Below, in pieces: positions 36,750 to 46,855 of a stretch of DNA of 64,000 nt. The notes under the pieces were generated by a model. It did not search any database, had not been told where the DNA came from, and saw only the letters and a program-made list of their open reading frames with translations. Within the stretch, counting starts at the first letter, position 1. Every line of letters begins with the position of its first letter. This DNA comes from a virus (Duplodnaviria > Caudoviricetes): the IMG/VR virus record IMGVR_UViG_3300028833_000110, positions 31,832 through 95,831 of that record; one strand, 5' to 3'. Both the position numbers and the translations under genes were made by a program.

Positions 36750-37196
36750 TTATTTGTATTTAATATTTTCTTCATACCAACGCCACCTATATAATTTTGC
36801 ATTGGTTTGTCTTGGGCCGTATTTATAAGTTTCCTCGCCCTTCTTCACTATCTTAACTTCCCCTAATTTTTCAAGACGTATATTCCCAGTATACCAATAT
36901 TCTCGGATTAAAAAAGAATAAGGAACCTCATTTATATTCATCGGCCCTAAAAGATTATCCCCCTTAATCCCTAAAGCTCTATATATATAAATTTTTGTTC
37001 CTTTTCTAAAATTCTCCCCAAGGTATAAGCCTGAAATTGCCTCCTCTATAGTTCTATAAAGTCGGATTCTTTTCATCTTATAATCAATGTACTTCCCTCT
37101 TGTTAGGAAATTTACTGGTATATCTGGTTTTATTATCTCTTTCTCTAAATTTGGAAGAGTTGAGACATAATAAAATACATTTCTTTTTATTATCAT
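36750..37196 (-). CDS. Leader-family protein, possible ADP-ribosyltransferase-like fold
   Basis: MIIKRNVFY; FYYVS...P.IP...RI.L..TIE.AI...VP....EYW pattern. Confidence 0.55.
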   Translation of the reverse strand: MIIKRNVFYYVSTLPNLEKEIIKPDIPVNFLTRGKYIDYKMKRIRLYRTIEEAISGLYLGENFRKGTKIYIYRALGIKGDNLLGPMNINEVPYSFLIREYWYTGNIRLEKLGEVKIVKKGEETYKYGPRQTNAKLYRWRWYEENIKYK

Positions 37197-37478
37197 ATTA
37201 TCTTTTGTTTTATCTTCCTTTGTGTAAATAAAATAGGTCCGGAAAAGCTTTAATCAGGATAATTAAAATAACCTATAATAACTCTCAACCGACCTCTACA
37301 ATTCAGGACCTATATTTATTTCATTACATATATAAGGGTTTGATGAAAAAAGAGGCTAAAATAGTGGTCGGAAGAGAAATGAAAAAGAAGAATTTAATGA
37401 AGATTGGGGAGTTTTTAACTAAATTCTTCATTTTATGTGGTCGCTAATTTTTGAGGGGTATTAAATTCCTTATAATCG

Positions 37479-37805
37479 ATGATGAATATAAAAACAAAAA
37501 AGACGTTATTTATTATTAACCTATTATTTTTCAAAGATAAAAAATTCTGTATTTATGCACTACTAATGGATCATAAAAAGAATTATGATTGTTATATTCT
37601 TTATACTGAACGTTGGCAGAAAAAAAGGTTCAAAAAAACCAGCATTGTAAGGTTAGAAGAACAGATTAATGATTTAGGCGCTGTGATTTATATTAAAAAA
37701 CGCTATATTAATGATTTCTCACAATTAGTAGATTTGATTTGTAATGTAGTATTTTCATCAGGATTAGTTCCCCTTAAGAAACATGTACATATATATGATA
37801 TATAA
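37479..37805 (+). CDS. Hypothetical protein
   Basis: ATG 4 nt after CCTTATA (37468-37474). Confidence 0.55.
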   Translation: MMNIKTKKTLFIINLLFFKDKKFCIYALLMDHKKNYDCYILYTERWQKKRFKKTSIVRLEEQINDLGAVIYIKKRYINDFSQLVDLICNVVFSSGLVPLKKHVHIYDI

Positions 37806-37862
37806 TGTATATTAATAAAAAAAGTAGAAAGGATAAAACCTCTCTACTTTATTTTTTTTTCT

Positions 37863-38564
37863 TTATTGTTGTTTTTTAAAACGAAATTTAGTATCAAAAC
37901 TATTAAATTCGATCTTTCTAATAGTTTGATTGATTTCCGAAATTTTTCCTTTTTCCCAATGAAGATCTCTAGTGTTTATTATATCTAGATCGACTGGCAT
38001 TGGTTCTTCCAATCTAAAGTCAGTGTTTTTATATACACCAACCGGCTCAAACCAAATATGAGAATCATCCCCTTTAATATTAAAAACTACGAACTCATTT
38101 GGTGTCCAGAGTATATCTATTTTTCTACCTTGAAAGAATCGATAGTACTTCCATCTAATAGTATCTCTTAGTCCACAGACCAAATTCTTTTGGACCAGTC
38201 TATCCGGAATCATTTCAACTTTTGGAAAGTTAGTACCATCTAGACTAACAAACAGTTCTTCATTTCTCATCAGGTTTTTAATCCACTCAATACTTCTTTT
38301 GTCTATATTGGTCTTACCGCCAAGACAATATGAAAGAATATCTCTTCCTTGTTCAAATCCTTGTCCAGGCTTACATTTTTCACCAATTTTTTCTAGAGAA
38401 ATCAATGGTGTTTCTAGATCCTTCATCATACCCGGGCTTGTGATGGCATAGATGAAGAAGGAGTCATTTGGTAAATCATAGTTACTTAGGAAAAACGTAT
38501 ATTGTTTTCCCAAAAGATTATAACTACTAATTCCGCTCTTCTGTTGTGTTTTCATTTTTGTCAT
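37863..38564 (-). CDS. Hypothetical protein
   Basis: 233-aa ORF. Confidence 0.7.
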   Translation of the reverse strand: MTKMKTQQKSGISSYNLLGKQYTFFLSNYDLPNDSFFIYAITSPGMMKDLETPLISLEKIGEKCKPGQGFEQGRDILSYCLGGKTNIDKRSIEWIKNLMRNEELFVSLDGTNFPKVEMIPDRLVQKNLVCGLRDTIRWKYYRFFQGRKIDILWTPNEFVVFNIKGDDSHIWFEPVGVYKNTDFRLEEPMPVDLDIINTRDLHWEKGKISEINQTIRKIEFNSFDTKFRFKKQQ

Positions 38565-38784
38565 TTTTTAATCTTATTATTATTCTTCCTTTAGTTAAAT
38601 CATATGGTGACATTTCAATTATTACTCTATCACCTTTTAGTATCTTTATATAGTTTTTTCTAATTTTTCCAGAAATAGTGCAAGTAACTATATGTTCACT
38701 TTCAATTAACTCAACTCTAAACATTGAGTTTCCTAAAACCTGAACTACAATTCCTTCTGATTGAATATTCTGTTGTTTACTCAT
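38527..38784 (-). CDS. infA: Translation initiation factor IF-1
   Basis: EGIV.QVLGN.MFRVEL...[30 protein letters not shown]. Confidence 0.95.
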   Translation of the reverse strand: MSKQQNIQSEGIVVQVLGNSMFRVELIESEHIVTCTISGKIRKNYIKILKGDRVIIEMSPYDLTKGRIIIRLKNDKNENTTEERN

Positions 38785-38785
38785 T

Positions 38786-40261
38786 TTATTTTAATTTAGT
38801 GTCGATATCGAAATACACTACTAAATTTGTAAATCTTTTATCTAAAATTTCTTTTTTTAAATTATCGGACAAACTATCACTAAAATTAACAATATCGTTA
38901 CAAGTTATAGTACAAACACATGTAATAGGTTTTTTTGTACTAGTGACACCTATTTCTTTATATCCCTCAACTCCATCACCAAAATTATTTCTTGCATAAT
39001 CAATAATTTTAATAAGAGTTTTTGTCAATTCAGTGTCTCCAAAAATATTTTCTATAGTAATAATAGACCCATCATTAGATCTCTGATATGATACTGTAGA
39101 ATTCAAAGATTGTCGTTTTCTAAAATAATCTTGATTTTCTATAAATGTATCAAAATCCTTACATAAATTATCCTCGTCGAAAGATAATAGTGTGGTAGTT
39201 GCTATCTTCTCTAAATCAATCCCCAAGGCTTTAAACATTCCTGTATAATAAGCATTATATTGAGCATTTGGATTAATCTTGCTTATATTATATAAGAATT
39301 GATCTATTAGAATATCTATATTCTCTTTAAGGTCCTTTTTATCACCACATATTATATTCCAGGAATTAAATATTAAGTCCTTAAAATCTGAGATAATAAT
39401 ATTTTTTATCTTTTCTTTGAATTCATCTTTATAATCCAATAAATCTCCATTAGACAAGTAGTTTGGAACTTCATATGGATTTTTCTTTATTAGATCGTCG
39501 TAATATGAACTCAAAACTAAATTTTTCACTGGCTCTAATGCTTGCCCTGAATCTAAACAGGAAGGAAGATTTTTTCCCCAGATAACCTTAATTCCATCTT
39601 CATCATTTCCGAAGTATCTATTTTTTATTACATCTTCTATGTTTTTTTCTCCTGGTTTTAGGTTTTCCACATAAAAGTGTACTGGAGTTAAGCAACCTGT
39701 ATCATTAGTATATTGGAAAGTTAAAGCTGATCTATGAGATAGGAAGCTACCTAAATAATAAAATGTTTTATCTTTATTATCATATCTATGGCCTTCCTGC
39801 CATTTTGTTGTTTTTTTTCCTACTTTAACGTAGAAAGTTCTTATTACCTCATCTGAAGCTTTTTTATAAAGTTCCATCTCCTCAGATAAGAATGTTACTT
39901 CGTTATCACCAAGAAAACATGCCTCAAAATTAGAATTAAATACTCCATTATTGTGTTTTGCTTCATAGAGTATTGTAGTTGCAGTTGAGGCATCGAAGTT
40001 CTTGACTAAATACATATCTTTTGTTGGTAATTCGTCTGAACTAATATATGCCTTAATATCACTCCAGTAATCATAATTGTTAAGAGTAAAAGATAATTTA
40101 AAAGAGTTTTTTCTTATTGTTATCTCTTTAGTAGACTCTCTTATAATTCTCTTTATTTTCCTACATCCTATTTTATTATTCGGATTAATTAGGTAAATTT
40201 CGTGTTTTCCTACTACTACTAAGCCTTTTAGGTCAGTTACAATTATTGGTATCTTCTTCAT
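38786..40261 (-). CDS. Hypothetical protein
   Basis: 491-aa ORF. Confidence 0.75.
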   Translation of the reverse strand: MKKIPIIVTDLKGLVVVGKHEIYLINPNNKIGCRKIKRIIRESTKEITIRKNSFKLSFTLNNYDYWSDIKAYISSDELPTKDMYLVKNFDASTATTILYEAKHNNGVFNSNFEACFLGDNEVTFLSEEMELYKKASDEVIRTFYVKVGKKTTKWQEGHRYDNKDKTFYYLGSFLSHRSALTFQYTNDTGCLTPVHFYVENLKPGEKNIEDVIKNRYFGNDEDGIKVIWGKNLPSCLDSGQALEPVKNLVLSSYYDDLIKKNPYEVPNYLSNGDLLDYKDEFKEKIKNIIISDFKDLIFNSWNIICGDKKDLKENIDILIDQFLYNISKINPNAQYNAYYTGMFKALGIDLEKIATTTLLSFDEDNLCKDFDTFIENQDYFRKRQSLNSTVSYQRSNDGSIITIENIFGDTELTKTLIKIIDYARNNFGDGVEGYKEIGVTSTKKPITCVCTITCNDIVNFSDSLSDNLKKEILDKRFTNLVVYFDIDTKLK

Positions 40262-40673
40262 CCTGTATTATTATTTTATATTTAAATTTCTTTTTCTTAT
40301 GTGTAAACTCAATTGTATTTCCTCCTAACCATTCCTCAAGTTTTTTTACTTCATTATTAAGGAGTTCGTTGGTTTCTAGGAGCGTTTTAGATATTTCGAT
40401 TCTTAATGTAGCCAGTTTGAAATTCCTTTTGACTATATTAGGCTCCTGAAGCGTACAAGTAAATACACAACCTTCGAGTTCAGAAAACAAGTCACTAAAT
40501 TCAATTAACTTTCCAAACTCATAGTTAAATCTACACTCCACATATTTTTCAAGAGAGGGACATCTTTCTTTAAAATTCTCTGTTCTTCTGGCACTAGTAT
40601 TTCCAGCATAGTCGAAATATGAAAGCGTGTTATTTACTTTACTTATAATATCTTTAATGACATCTTCTTGCAT
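40233..40673 (-). CDS. Hypothetical protein
   Basis: 146-aa ORF in operon. Confidence 0.65.
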   Translation of the reverse strand: MQEDVIKDIISKVNNTLSYFDYAGNTSARRTENFKERCPSLEKYVECRFNYEFGKLIEFSDLFSELEGCVFTCTLQEPNIVKRNFKLATLRIEISKTLLETNELLNNEVKKLEEWLGGNTIEFTHKKKKFKYKIIIQDEEDTNNCN

Positions 40674-41185
40674 AGTATGAAAAATATAAAATTTGATTTA
40701 TTCATTATTTTAATAGGATTATAGGGTATTGTAGTTTTTTCTGGAAAACAGATTAATATTTCTACCTGACTCTCCCCTAAATTATTATTCTCTTTTATAG
40801 AAAATTCGATTTGAAATCCAGTATTAATATTTCTAATAATCCAATCTCCAGACATTGAGTTATTATCTTTTGATTCTATTACTAAACCAGGATAATTCTC
40901 TCTACGAAACTGATTTAAAATATACTTTGAATTTATTTCCTCTGAGATCTTTTCTAGTTCCCAATCATCCAAAGAAATTTCAGTCTCTTCATTAATTAGT
41001 TTATCAACATCAATGTCAGAATTACTCGGAAAAATAAACTCTCCTAACTTTGATATATAACAGAATTCTATTCCATTCCAATCAAATGAAGTAGGTTTAT
41101 ATTTGGAAGAGTCTATTAAGTCCCAATACTTAAAAACAGACTTTATTTCTTTAGTATTTTCCAGTCCCGGTTTAATTCTTATCAT
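40643..41185 (-). CDS. Hypothetical protein
   Basis: 180-aa ORF in operon. Confidence 0.65.
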   Translation of the reverse strand: MIRIKPGLENTKEIKSVFKYWDLIDSSKYKPTSFDWNGIEFCYISKLGEFIFPSNSDIDVDKLINEETEISLDDWELEKISEEINSKYILNQFRRENYPGLVIESKDNNSMSGDWIIRNINTGFQIEFSIKENNNLGESQVEILICFPEKTTIPYNPIKIMNKSNFIFFILCKKMSLKIL

Positions 41186-42161
41186 GTTTAAAATAATCTA
41201 ATATATCAACACTATTCCAATCAACTCTTTCATCACTTGTAGAACTTTTTGCAAACTGTCCTGAAACAGCATCTACATACATACTACAAGAAAATTCAGG
41301 CCCTTGATATATCCTATCAAAATCTTTTTTTAGAAAAGCTTTAGATAAATTTAGTTGATCTAAAGCTAAATTATCAAATCCGAAGATATTATGAACACCA
41401 CAACCATTCCCTTCTCTGCCATTTAAAATAGCTTCTTTAATTATGATTTCAAAAGATTTAATATCTGGTGGTAATTCTGTATTTTTTGCCCTTCCATATT
41501 GTTTGTATCCTAAAAATAGTATTCTATTATAATTATAGGCCCCACCAAGAAGGCTTCTATCTGTTACTAGGTTTTTTAATATTTCTTTGGGAAATAATCC
41601 TAAAATTATATGAAAAACTAACTTAGGGTTAAAGAAAATGAGATTAGATTCAAGTAATATTTTAGATAATTCCTCTAATCTTTTTTCCGTGATATCTGGA
41701 CCTAAACTAATTCCAAGACACCACTCATACGTATTATTACTAAATATATTTTTCAGTGATGATATTGTTTTTACAGAAATAGATTTTTCATTTAATGTTA
41801 TTCCAATGAGGTTTTTTCTAGAGTCTAACCAACTAACTAACTCTGATAGAAGTGATAAACTCTCCTCATCTTCCACTAAATTCCCCCCACCTATAGCAAT
41901 TTCTATTGGCTTTTTAGGGAGGCTAGAGAGATGTTTTTTTATTTCATCTATTTTAGCTAATCCACCTGTTTTTACACTATTCTCATGACAATACGGACAA
42001 CCCAAAGAGCATCTATTAGATATTTTAAGGTCTATGCTATCTGGAAAATCCGGTTTAAAATCTTCATCAATCCTTAGGCATCTTTTTTCCATGTTTCCTC
42101 TAGAATATCTACTTACTAGATAATTCCCATTAATATACGAAGCTAGTCCAAGATAAATCAT
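41172..42161 (-). CDS. Radical SAM protein (paralog 1)
   Basis: CSLGCPYCHE CxxxCxxC, EIAIGGG, LGYK.YGR, FDNLAL.QL. Confidence 0.85.
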   Translation of the reverse strand: MIYLGLASYINGNYLVSRYSRGNMEKRCLRIDEDFKPDFPDSIDLKISNRCSLGCPYCHENSVKTGGLAKIDEIKKHLSSLPKKPIEIAIGGGNLVEDEESLSLLSELVSWLDSRKNLIGITLNEKSISVKTISSLKNIFSNNTYEWCLGISLGPDITEKRLEELSKILLESNLIFFNPKLVFHIILGLFPKEILKNLVTDRSLLGGAYNYNRILFLGYKQYGRAKNTELPPDIKSFEIIIKEAILNGREGNGCGVHNIFGFDNLALDQLNLSKAFLKKDFDRIYQGPEFSCSMYVDAVSGQFAKSSTSDERVDWNSVDILDYFKHDKN

Positions 42162-43026
42162 TGTATAATGTAAGTTTTAAAGGTACTAAATACGGAGGTT
42201 TTTCTTGATAATCTTTATCACCATGAAAGTTGAAAGTTCCATAGTATAAACACCTTGAGCTTATTTTAAATGTTAAAAGCTCAAAATAGGTGTTCTTAGT
42301 AGGAAGATCTATATCACTAATAGAAAAAAACTTCCCATTAAGAAATACAAATTGTTCAAAAAGTCTAGTAATATCAGATGTAAGTTTATCAAAATCAGCA
42401 CTAATCTCAATATCTACCCTACCTATTCCAGGTAAATCGGCAGAAAAATATCCGATTGCTCCAGGAAGTTGTTTTGTATCCCCAAAGATATCTGAATATT
42501 GATCATCACAGTCATCACCTCCATAAACCCAAGAATTTGGATTAAGGAGAAAGTTTTTTATAGTTTCTGGAGATTCTAATATCTCATCTTCTAATATGAG
42601 TGATTGCCAATCAATGCTCGGGAAATCATAATAAAAACTATCTTCTTTTGATATTGTTTTCTCCTGAATCCCTTTCCATATAGAAGATACTTCCTCAAAC
42701 ACTATATGTTCAACTCCTAAAATATCTTTTAGGGCTAATTCAAACTTATGAATTTGTTTACCAATAGTTACTCTCTTTGCTAAACATCCTCTAACGAAGA
42801 AGCAACTTAAGTATTCTAATTTAATTAAGGTTGAATTTGAGTAGAACATTTCTCGGCCAAAATCACTAAACTGAGGAATATATAATGTTTTCGTATTCTC
42901 ATCTATTTTAAGTCCACTGTCTTTAATATTCAAGTTTTTCTCACTGTCCATAGATATTACAACAGAATGAGAAGAGCTTGAGTTTGTTTCTGGCAAATCT
43001 ATTCTAATTACTTTTTTTTGTCTCAT
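42130..43026 (-). CDS. ETNSSSSHS-motif protein
   Basis: Start reassigned to MRQKKVIRIDLPETNSSSSHSVVI, 4 nt after CCTTATA; IDWQS, FLLNP.S motifs. Confidence 0.75.
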   Translation of the reverse strand: MRQKKVIRIDLPETNSSSSHSVVISMDSEKNLNIKDSGLKIDENTKTLYIPQFSDFGREMFYSNSTLIKLEYLSCFFVRGCLAKRVTIGKQIHKFELALKDILGVEHIVFEEVSSIWKGIQEKTISKEDSFYYDFPSIDWQSLILEDEILESPETIKNFLLNPNSWVYGGDDCDDQYSDIFGDTKQLPGAIGYFSADLPGIGRVDIEISADFDKLTSDITRLFEQFVFLNGKFFSISDIDLPTKNTYFELLTFKISSRCLYYGTFNFHGDKDYQEKPPYLVPLKLTLYNDLSWTSFVY

Positions 43027-43082
43027 CAAGTATAAGGATTTTGCCCATTTCCTTATATATGAAATAGAAAAAAAAATAAAAT

Positions 43083-43592
43083 ATGAGAGAAAATTTTCAA
43101 ATAAAAGATGATCGAACTGGAAAAGTTTATTGGATATCAAGAGCAATGGCAGTAACCACTGTATTAATTAAGGGTGGTAAAATACTTTTTCAAAAAAGAG
43201 GTACTGGTTGTCCGGATAATGTAGGAAAACTTTGTTGCTCATGTGGATATTTGAATTGGGATGAAACTTTATCTCAAGCAGCCATAAGAGAATTATATGA
43301 AGAAACAGGTATACTGATCTCTGAAAAGGATTTAAAATTTTGGAAAATAATTGACGATCCCAAAAGGGATGATAAACAAAACGTAACTGTTAGATATTAT
43401 GCAATTATCGATGAAAACACTCCGACATTTACTAGTACTGACACAAAATCTAGGGGAGGTGAAGATAATGAGGTAGAATCCTTTGTTTGGTTAACTCCCA
43501 GTGAAGTACTAAAAATGAACCCAAATGATTTTGCTTTTAATCACTATGATATAATTAAAGAGCTCATGAAAGAAAAAGAAAGAGAGATTTAA
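43083..43592 (+). CDS. Nudix hydrolase
   Basis: G.....ET...AAIRELYEETG Nudix box. Confidence 0.9.
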   Translation: MRENFQIKDDRTGKVYWISRAMAVTTVLIKGGKILFQKRGTGCPDNVGKLCCSCGYLNWDETLSQAAIRELYEETGILISEKDLKFWKIIDDPKRDDKQNVTVRYYAIIDENTPTFTSTDTKSRGGEDNEVESFVWLTPSEVLKMNPNDFAFNHYDIIKELMKEKEREI

Positions 43593-43606
43593 TTCTCTCT
43601 CTTTTT

Positions 43607-43984
43607 TTATTTTTTATAAAAATTTTCTAGTTCTAATAAGTACTCTTGAACTTTAACAATATCTTCTTTTGAATAGACGTCTCTATGCATTATATCATAT
43701 AGTAGTTCACGAGTTTCTTCTGGTATTTTATAAACATCTTCAACCGAGGAAAAATAAACATTCATATTATCTTCTCTAGAGGATGCACTACAATGTCCCG
43801 CTTCTCTTGTTCTAAGCTCTTTTAATACTTGACAAAAACCAAACTTGTCTTTATATTTCTCGTTTGATATATAACGACTTCCATATTCACATAAAAGACA
43901 CCTACTAGATCGCTCTGATTTTATTACAATCAGTTTTTTGCCAGTAACTTTTGATAAAAAGATATCACCAATCTTTCTTTCCAT
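43607..43984 (-). CDS. Cys-containing hypothetical protein
   Basis: MERKIGDIF, C..C, GHCS...RED..NVYF. Confidence 0.7.
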   Translation of the reverse strand: MERKIGDIFLSKVTGKKLIVIKSERSSRCLLCEYGSRYISNEKYKDKFGFCQVLKELRTREAGHCSASSREDNMNVYFSSVEDVYKIPEETRELLYDIMHRDVYSKEDIVKVQEYLLELENFYKK

Positions 43985-44050
43985 ATACTTTACTTAATTT
44001 ATTGTATATATTAACATATATAAGGAGTTTGACTGAAATCCTTATATATA

Positions 44051-44971
44051 ATGAAAATACAAAAAAAGATTATTGGAAGATACGTAAACGGAAATTACAC
44101 CGTAACAATATTTGAGGATGGCACTAAAATACGAATGAATAATCTCGATAAATTAGTGCCTCAATTTTCAGAAAATTGTGATGTAAAAATAACAGACAGG
44201 TGTTCTCAAGGATGTCCTTTTTGTTATGAAGGATGTACTAAAGAAGGTAAACATAGTAATATACTAGAACAACCTTGGATTAATTCTTTACATCCATTTA
44301 CAGAATTAGCTATAAATGGAAATGATTTAGATCATCCAGACTTAGAGACTTTTTTAGAGTTTCTTAAAAACAAAAGAGTTATAGCTAATATGACCGTTAA
44401 TGAAAACCAATTTATAACAAACCATCAAAAAATTAAAGACTGGTTGGATAAACGATTAGTGTGGGGTATTGGGATTTCCTATAATACAAATCGAATAATT
44501 CCCTACATTAAAGATATTCCAAATGCTGTCCTTCATGTCATAAATGGAATAATAACCGAAGAAGATCTTAAGGATCTTGTAGGAAATAGTCTAAAAATTC
44601 TTATTCTTGGCTATAAGACCAAAGGAAGAGGGTTGGGGTATGTTCAAGAAAATGGAGAAAAAATCAATAATAATATATCATGGTTACATGATAATCTTGA
44701 ACAACTTATTCCTCAATTTAAAGTAGTATCATTTGATAATCTAGCTATAACTCAATTAAAAGTAAAAAGATTATTAAGTGAAGATGAGTGGTCTAAGTTT
44801 TATATGGGAGATGATGGACAATATACTTTTTATATTGATGCGGTAAATGGAACCTTTTCTAGAAACTCCACTACTGCTGAGACAGAAAGGTTTGATATAG
44901 GGAATAAAACAGTAGATGAAATGTTCAATATAATCAGGGGTAAAGAAATGGGTTGTTTCCATATATTTTAG
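44051..44971 (+). CDS. Radical SAM protein (paralog 2)
   Basis: CSQGCPFCYE; YVNGNY start and SFDNLA.QL shared with paralog 1. Confidence 0.85.
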   Translation: MKIQKKIIGRYVNGNYTVTIFEDGTKIRMNNLDKLVPQFSENCDVKITDRCSQGCPFCYEGCTKEGKHSNILEQPWINSLHPFTELAINGNDLDHPDLETFLEFLKNKRVIANMTVNENQFITNHQKIKDWLDKRLVWGIGISYNTNRIIPYIKDIPNAVLHVINGIITEEDLKDLVGNSLKILILGYKTKGRGLGYVQENGEKINNNISWLHDNLEQLIPQFKVVSFDNLAITQLKVKRLLSEDEWSKFYMGDDGQYTFYIDAVNGTFSRNSTTAETERFDIGNKTVDEMFNIIRGKEMGCFHIF

Positions 44972-45029
44972 TTAATTTTTGGGGCGCTTAGGAAAAATTC
45001 TAGGCGCCTTTTTTAATTCCCTTATATAT

Positions 45030-45320
45030 ATGAAAAAGAGAGAAATTAAGTTTATTACTTATACAATACCTAAATATCCTCATGCTTTAGCTGTATTCTC
45101 GATGAATAAAAAATCAATTACATATATTAAGAGATTAAAAAAGAAAATATCATCTGGGTTTTTAACTAGCTTAGAAGATATGTGTGAGTGTGAGTGGTAT
45201 TCAATAGGCCCTATAAGAAAAACGGGCATAGATGATATTCAGAAGCTGGTGTTAAATATTGAAGAAAATTGGATACAGTCAGATATAAAATTATTAGATG
45301 TGTATTATGCTAATCAATAA
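45030..45320 (+). CDS. Hypothetical protein
   Basis: ATG 3 nt after CCTTATA. Confidence 0.55.
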   Translation: MKKREIKFITYTIPKYPHALAVFSMNKKSITYIKRLKKKISSGFLTSLEDMCECEWYSIGPIRKTGIDDIQKLVLNIEENWIQSDIKLLDVYYANQ

Positions 45321-45383
45321 AACACACAAATAATGACTTATTTTCTTTATATGTAGTATAAATAAATAAAAAAACGATAAAAT

Positions 45384-45773
45384 ATGACAAATGAATTTAT
45401 AATTAGTCTTGAAAATCAACTACAGGGTGTCGGAACAAGACTAAAGGAATTACACTTTTCGGCACCAACCCTCTCAATTCATAAACTTGTAGATGAGTTT
45501 GATGAAGAATTTAAAGAATTTGAAGATGAAATTATGGAAAATTCTCAAGCTCTTTGGGGAACTATAAAACCTAAAGATCTAAACCCAATTCTTCCTGAAT
45601 CAATTACTTTTAAAGATCTTTTGGAAGAGATTAGGGGAATTTTAGTGAGAATAAAAAAAGAGGGTGAGGAAAATATGATGTGGACTGGAATAATTAATAT
45701 CGTTGATGATTTTTGGACCACAGTAAATAAATACATCTACCTAACAAACATCACTACTAGCAGAGAAGATTAA
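45384..45773 (+). CDS. Ferritin/Dps-like four-helix protein
   Basis: KELHF.A....IHKL.DE......ED.I.E...NK..YL. Confidence 0.7.
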   Translation: MTNEFIISLENQLQGVGTRLKELHFSAPTLSIHKLVDEFDEEFKEFEDEIMENSQALWGTIKPKDLNPILPESITFKDLLEEIRGILVRIKKEGEENMMWTGIINIVDDFWTTVNKYIYLTNITTSRED

Positions 45774-45808
45774 TTTCTTCTTTGCTTTTTAATTCCTTAT
45801 AAGTAGAT

Positions 45809-46273
45809 ATGTTAAAGAAAGAAACTCTTAGAAGAGCAATATTAGAAATAAAGAAGATTCAATGGAGACAATTATATAATGCCTACCTAATGAATACTAA
45901 CCGAATTAAACCTATTACAAGGGATAGGTTTAAGTACATGATTGCACAACTGATTATTAGGTATACTAATTATAGAGTAAGCTCTTTTTATAAAAATACA
46001 TCATTCTTTTCAACTTATGTTATTTTACTAATGACGACTAGGAATAAGGAGTTGAAAGAATTTGTCAAAACCACTAATAGCTCATTTTTTCAAATCATTC
46101 AAGTAACTGTTTCTTGGGACACTAAAAGTGGATTTATGGTTAAAGTAGAAACAGTATTTCCATATTATTATTACGACAATACAAGGGAGAATAATGATAT
46201 TGATAAAAAATATGCAAAAGATCAGTTAATCAAGCGATCCAAATACTTTAGCAACAAAAGGTTAAAAAAATAA
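45809..46273 (+). CDS. Hypothetical protein
   Basis: Behind CCTTATA motif. Confidence 0.6.
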   Translation: MLKKETLRRAILEIKKIQWRQLYNAYLMNTNRIKPITRDRFKYMIAQLIIRYTNYRVSSFYKNTSFFSTYVILLMTTRNKELKEFVKTTNSSFFQIIQVTVSWDTKSGFMVKVETVFPYYYYDNTRENNDIDKKYAKDQLIKRSKYFSNKRLKK

Positions 46274-46287
46274 AAAAAAGAAGGAAA

Positions 46288-46821
46288 TTATTTTTCCTTC
46301 TTTCTTATTTCTACTCTCAGTTCAGTATCTTTAAAAATAACCTCTATCATTGTCTTTATTACATCCCAGTCACCACCTCCCCTATCAGACCCTAATCTCC
46401 AGGGAAATGATACAGAGTCCACTTTATACTTTAGCATCTCATTTTTTAGTTGGGATATACTATTAAATAAGGCTTCATAATTAGTAAACCTAATCTTATT
46501 CTTATTTATAATTGTTGGACGTTTTTCTATTGATATTGATTGTTTAAAATAATCTTCAATATTACTAAAATATCCATTGTAATAGTATTGCCCGAAGAGA
46601 TTAGCAACATACTTTCTCCCAGGCTCTACTTCTACTATAAGACATCCCCCAAGACAGTTATGATCTAAGGATTTTATGGTTTCTAGATATTGAATAAAAA
46701 CATCATTCCATCTATTTTTTATTTCTCTAGCTAAACCACTTCCCATAACCCCCATACAATTTACTTGATGGGCAATTACTTTACAATCTGTATTAAAAAT
46801 ATCTCCAGTTACTATTATCAT
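46288..46821 (-). CDS. Macrodomain protein (ADP-ribose hydrolase-like)
   Basis: GDIF....IAHQVNC.GVMGSGLA..I, ANLFGQ, FP..LG..RGGGDW. Confidence 0.9.
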   Translation of the reverse strand: MIIVTGDIFNTDCKVIAHQVNCMGVMGSGLAREIKNRWNDVFIQYLETIKSLDHNCLGGCLIVEVEPGRKYVANLFGQYYYNGYFSNIEDYFKQSISIEKRPTIINKNKIRFTNYEALFNSISQLKNEMLKYKVDSVSFPWRLGSDRGGGDWDVIKTMIEVIFKDTELRVEIRKKEK

Positions 46822-46855
46822 GACAAATATAAGGAATTAAAGAAAAAAAGAAACA

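Noticed and set aside
11558-37196. Leader as a type IV prepilin or Sec signal peptide
   Set aside because: No Gly before Phe, no E+5 and usually no hydrophobic helix after the motif
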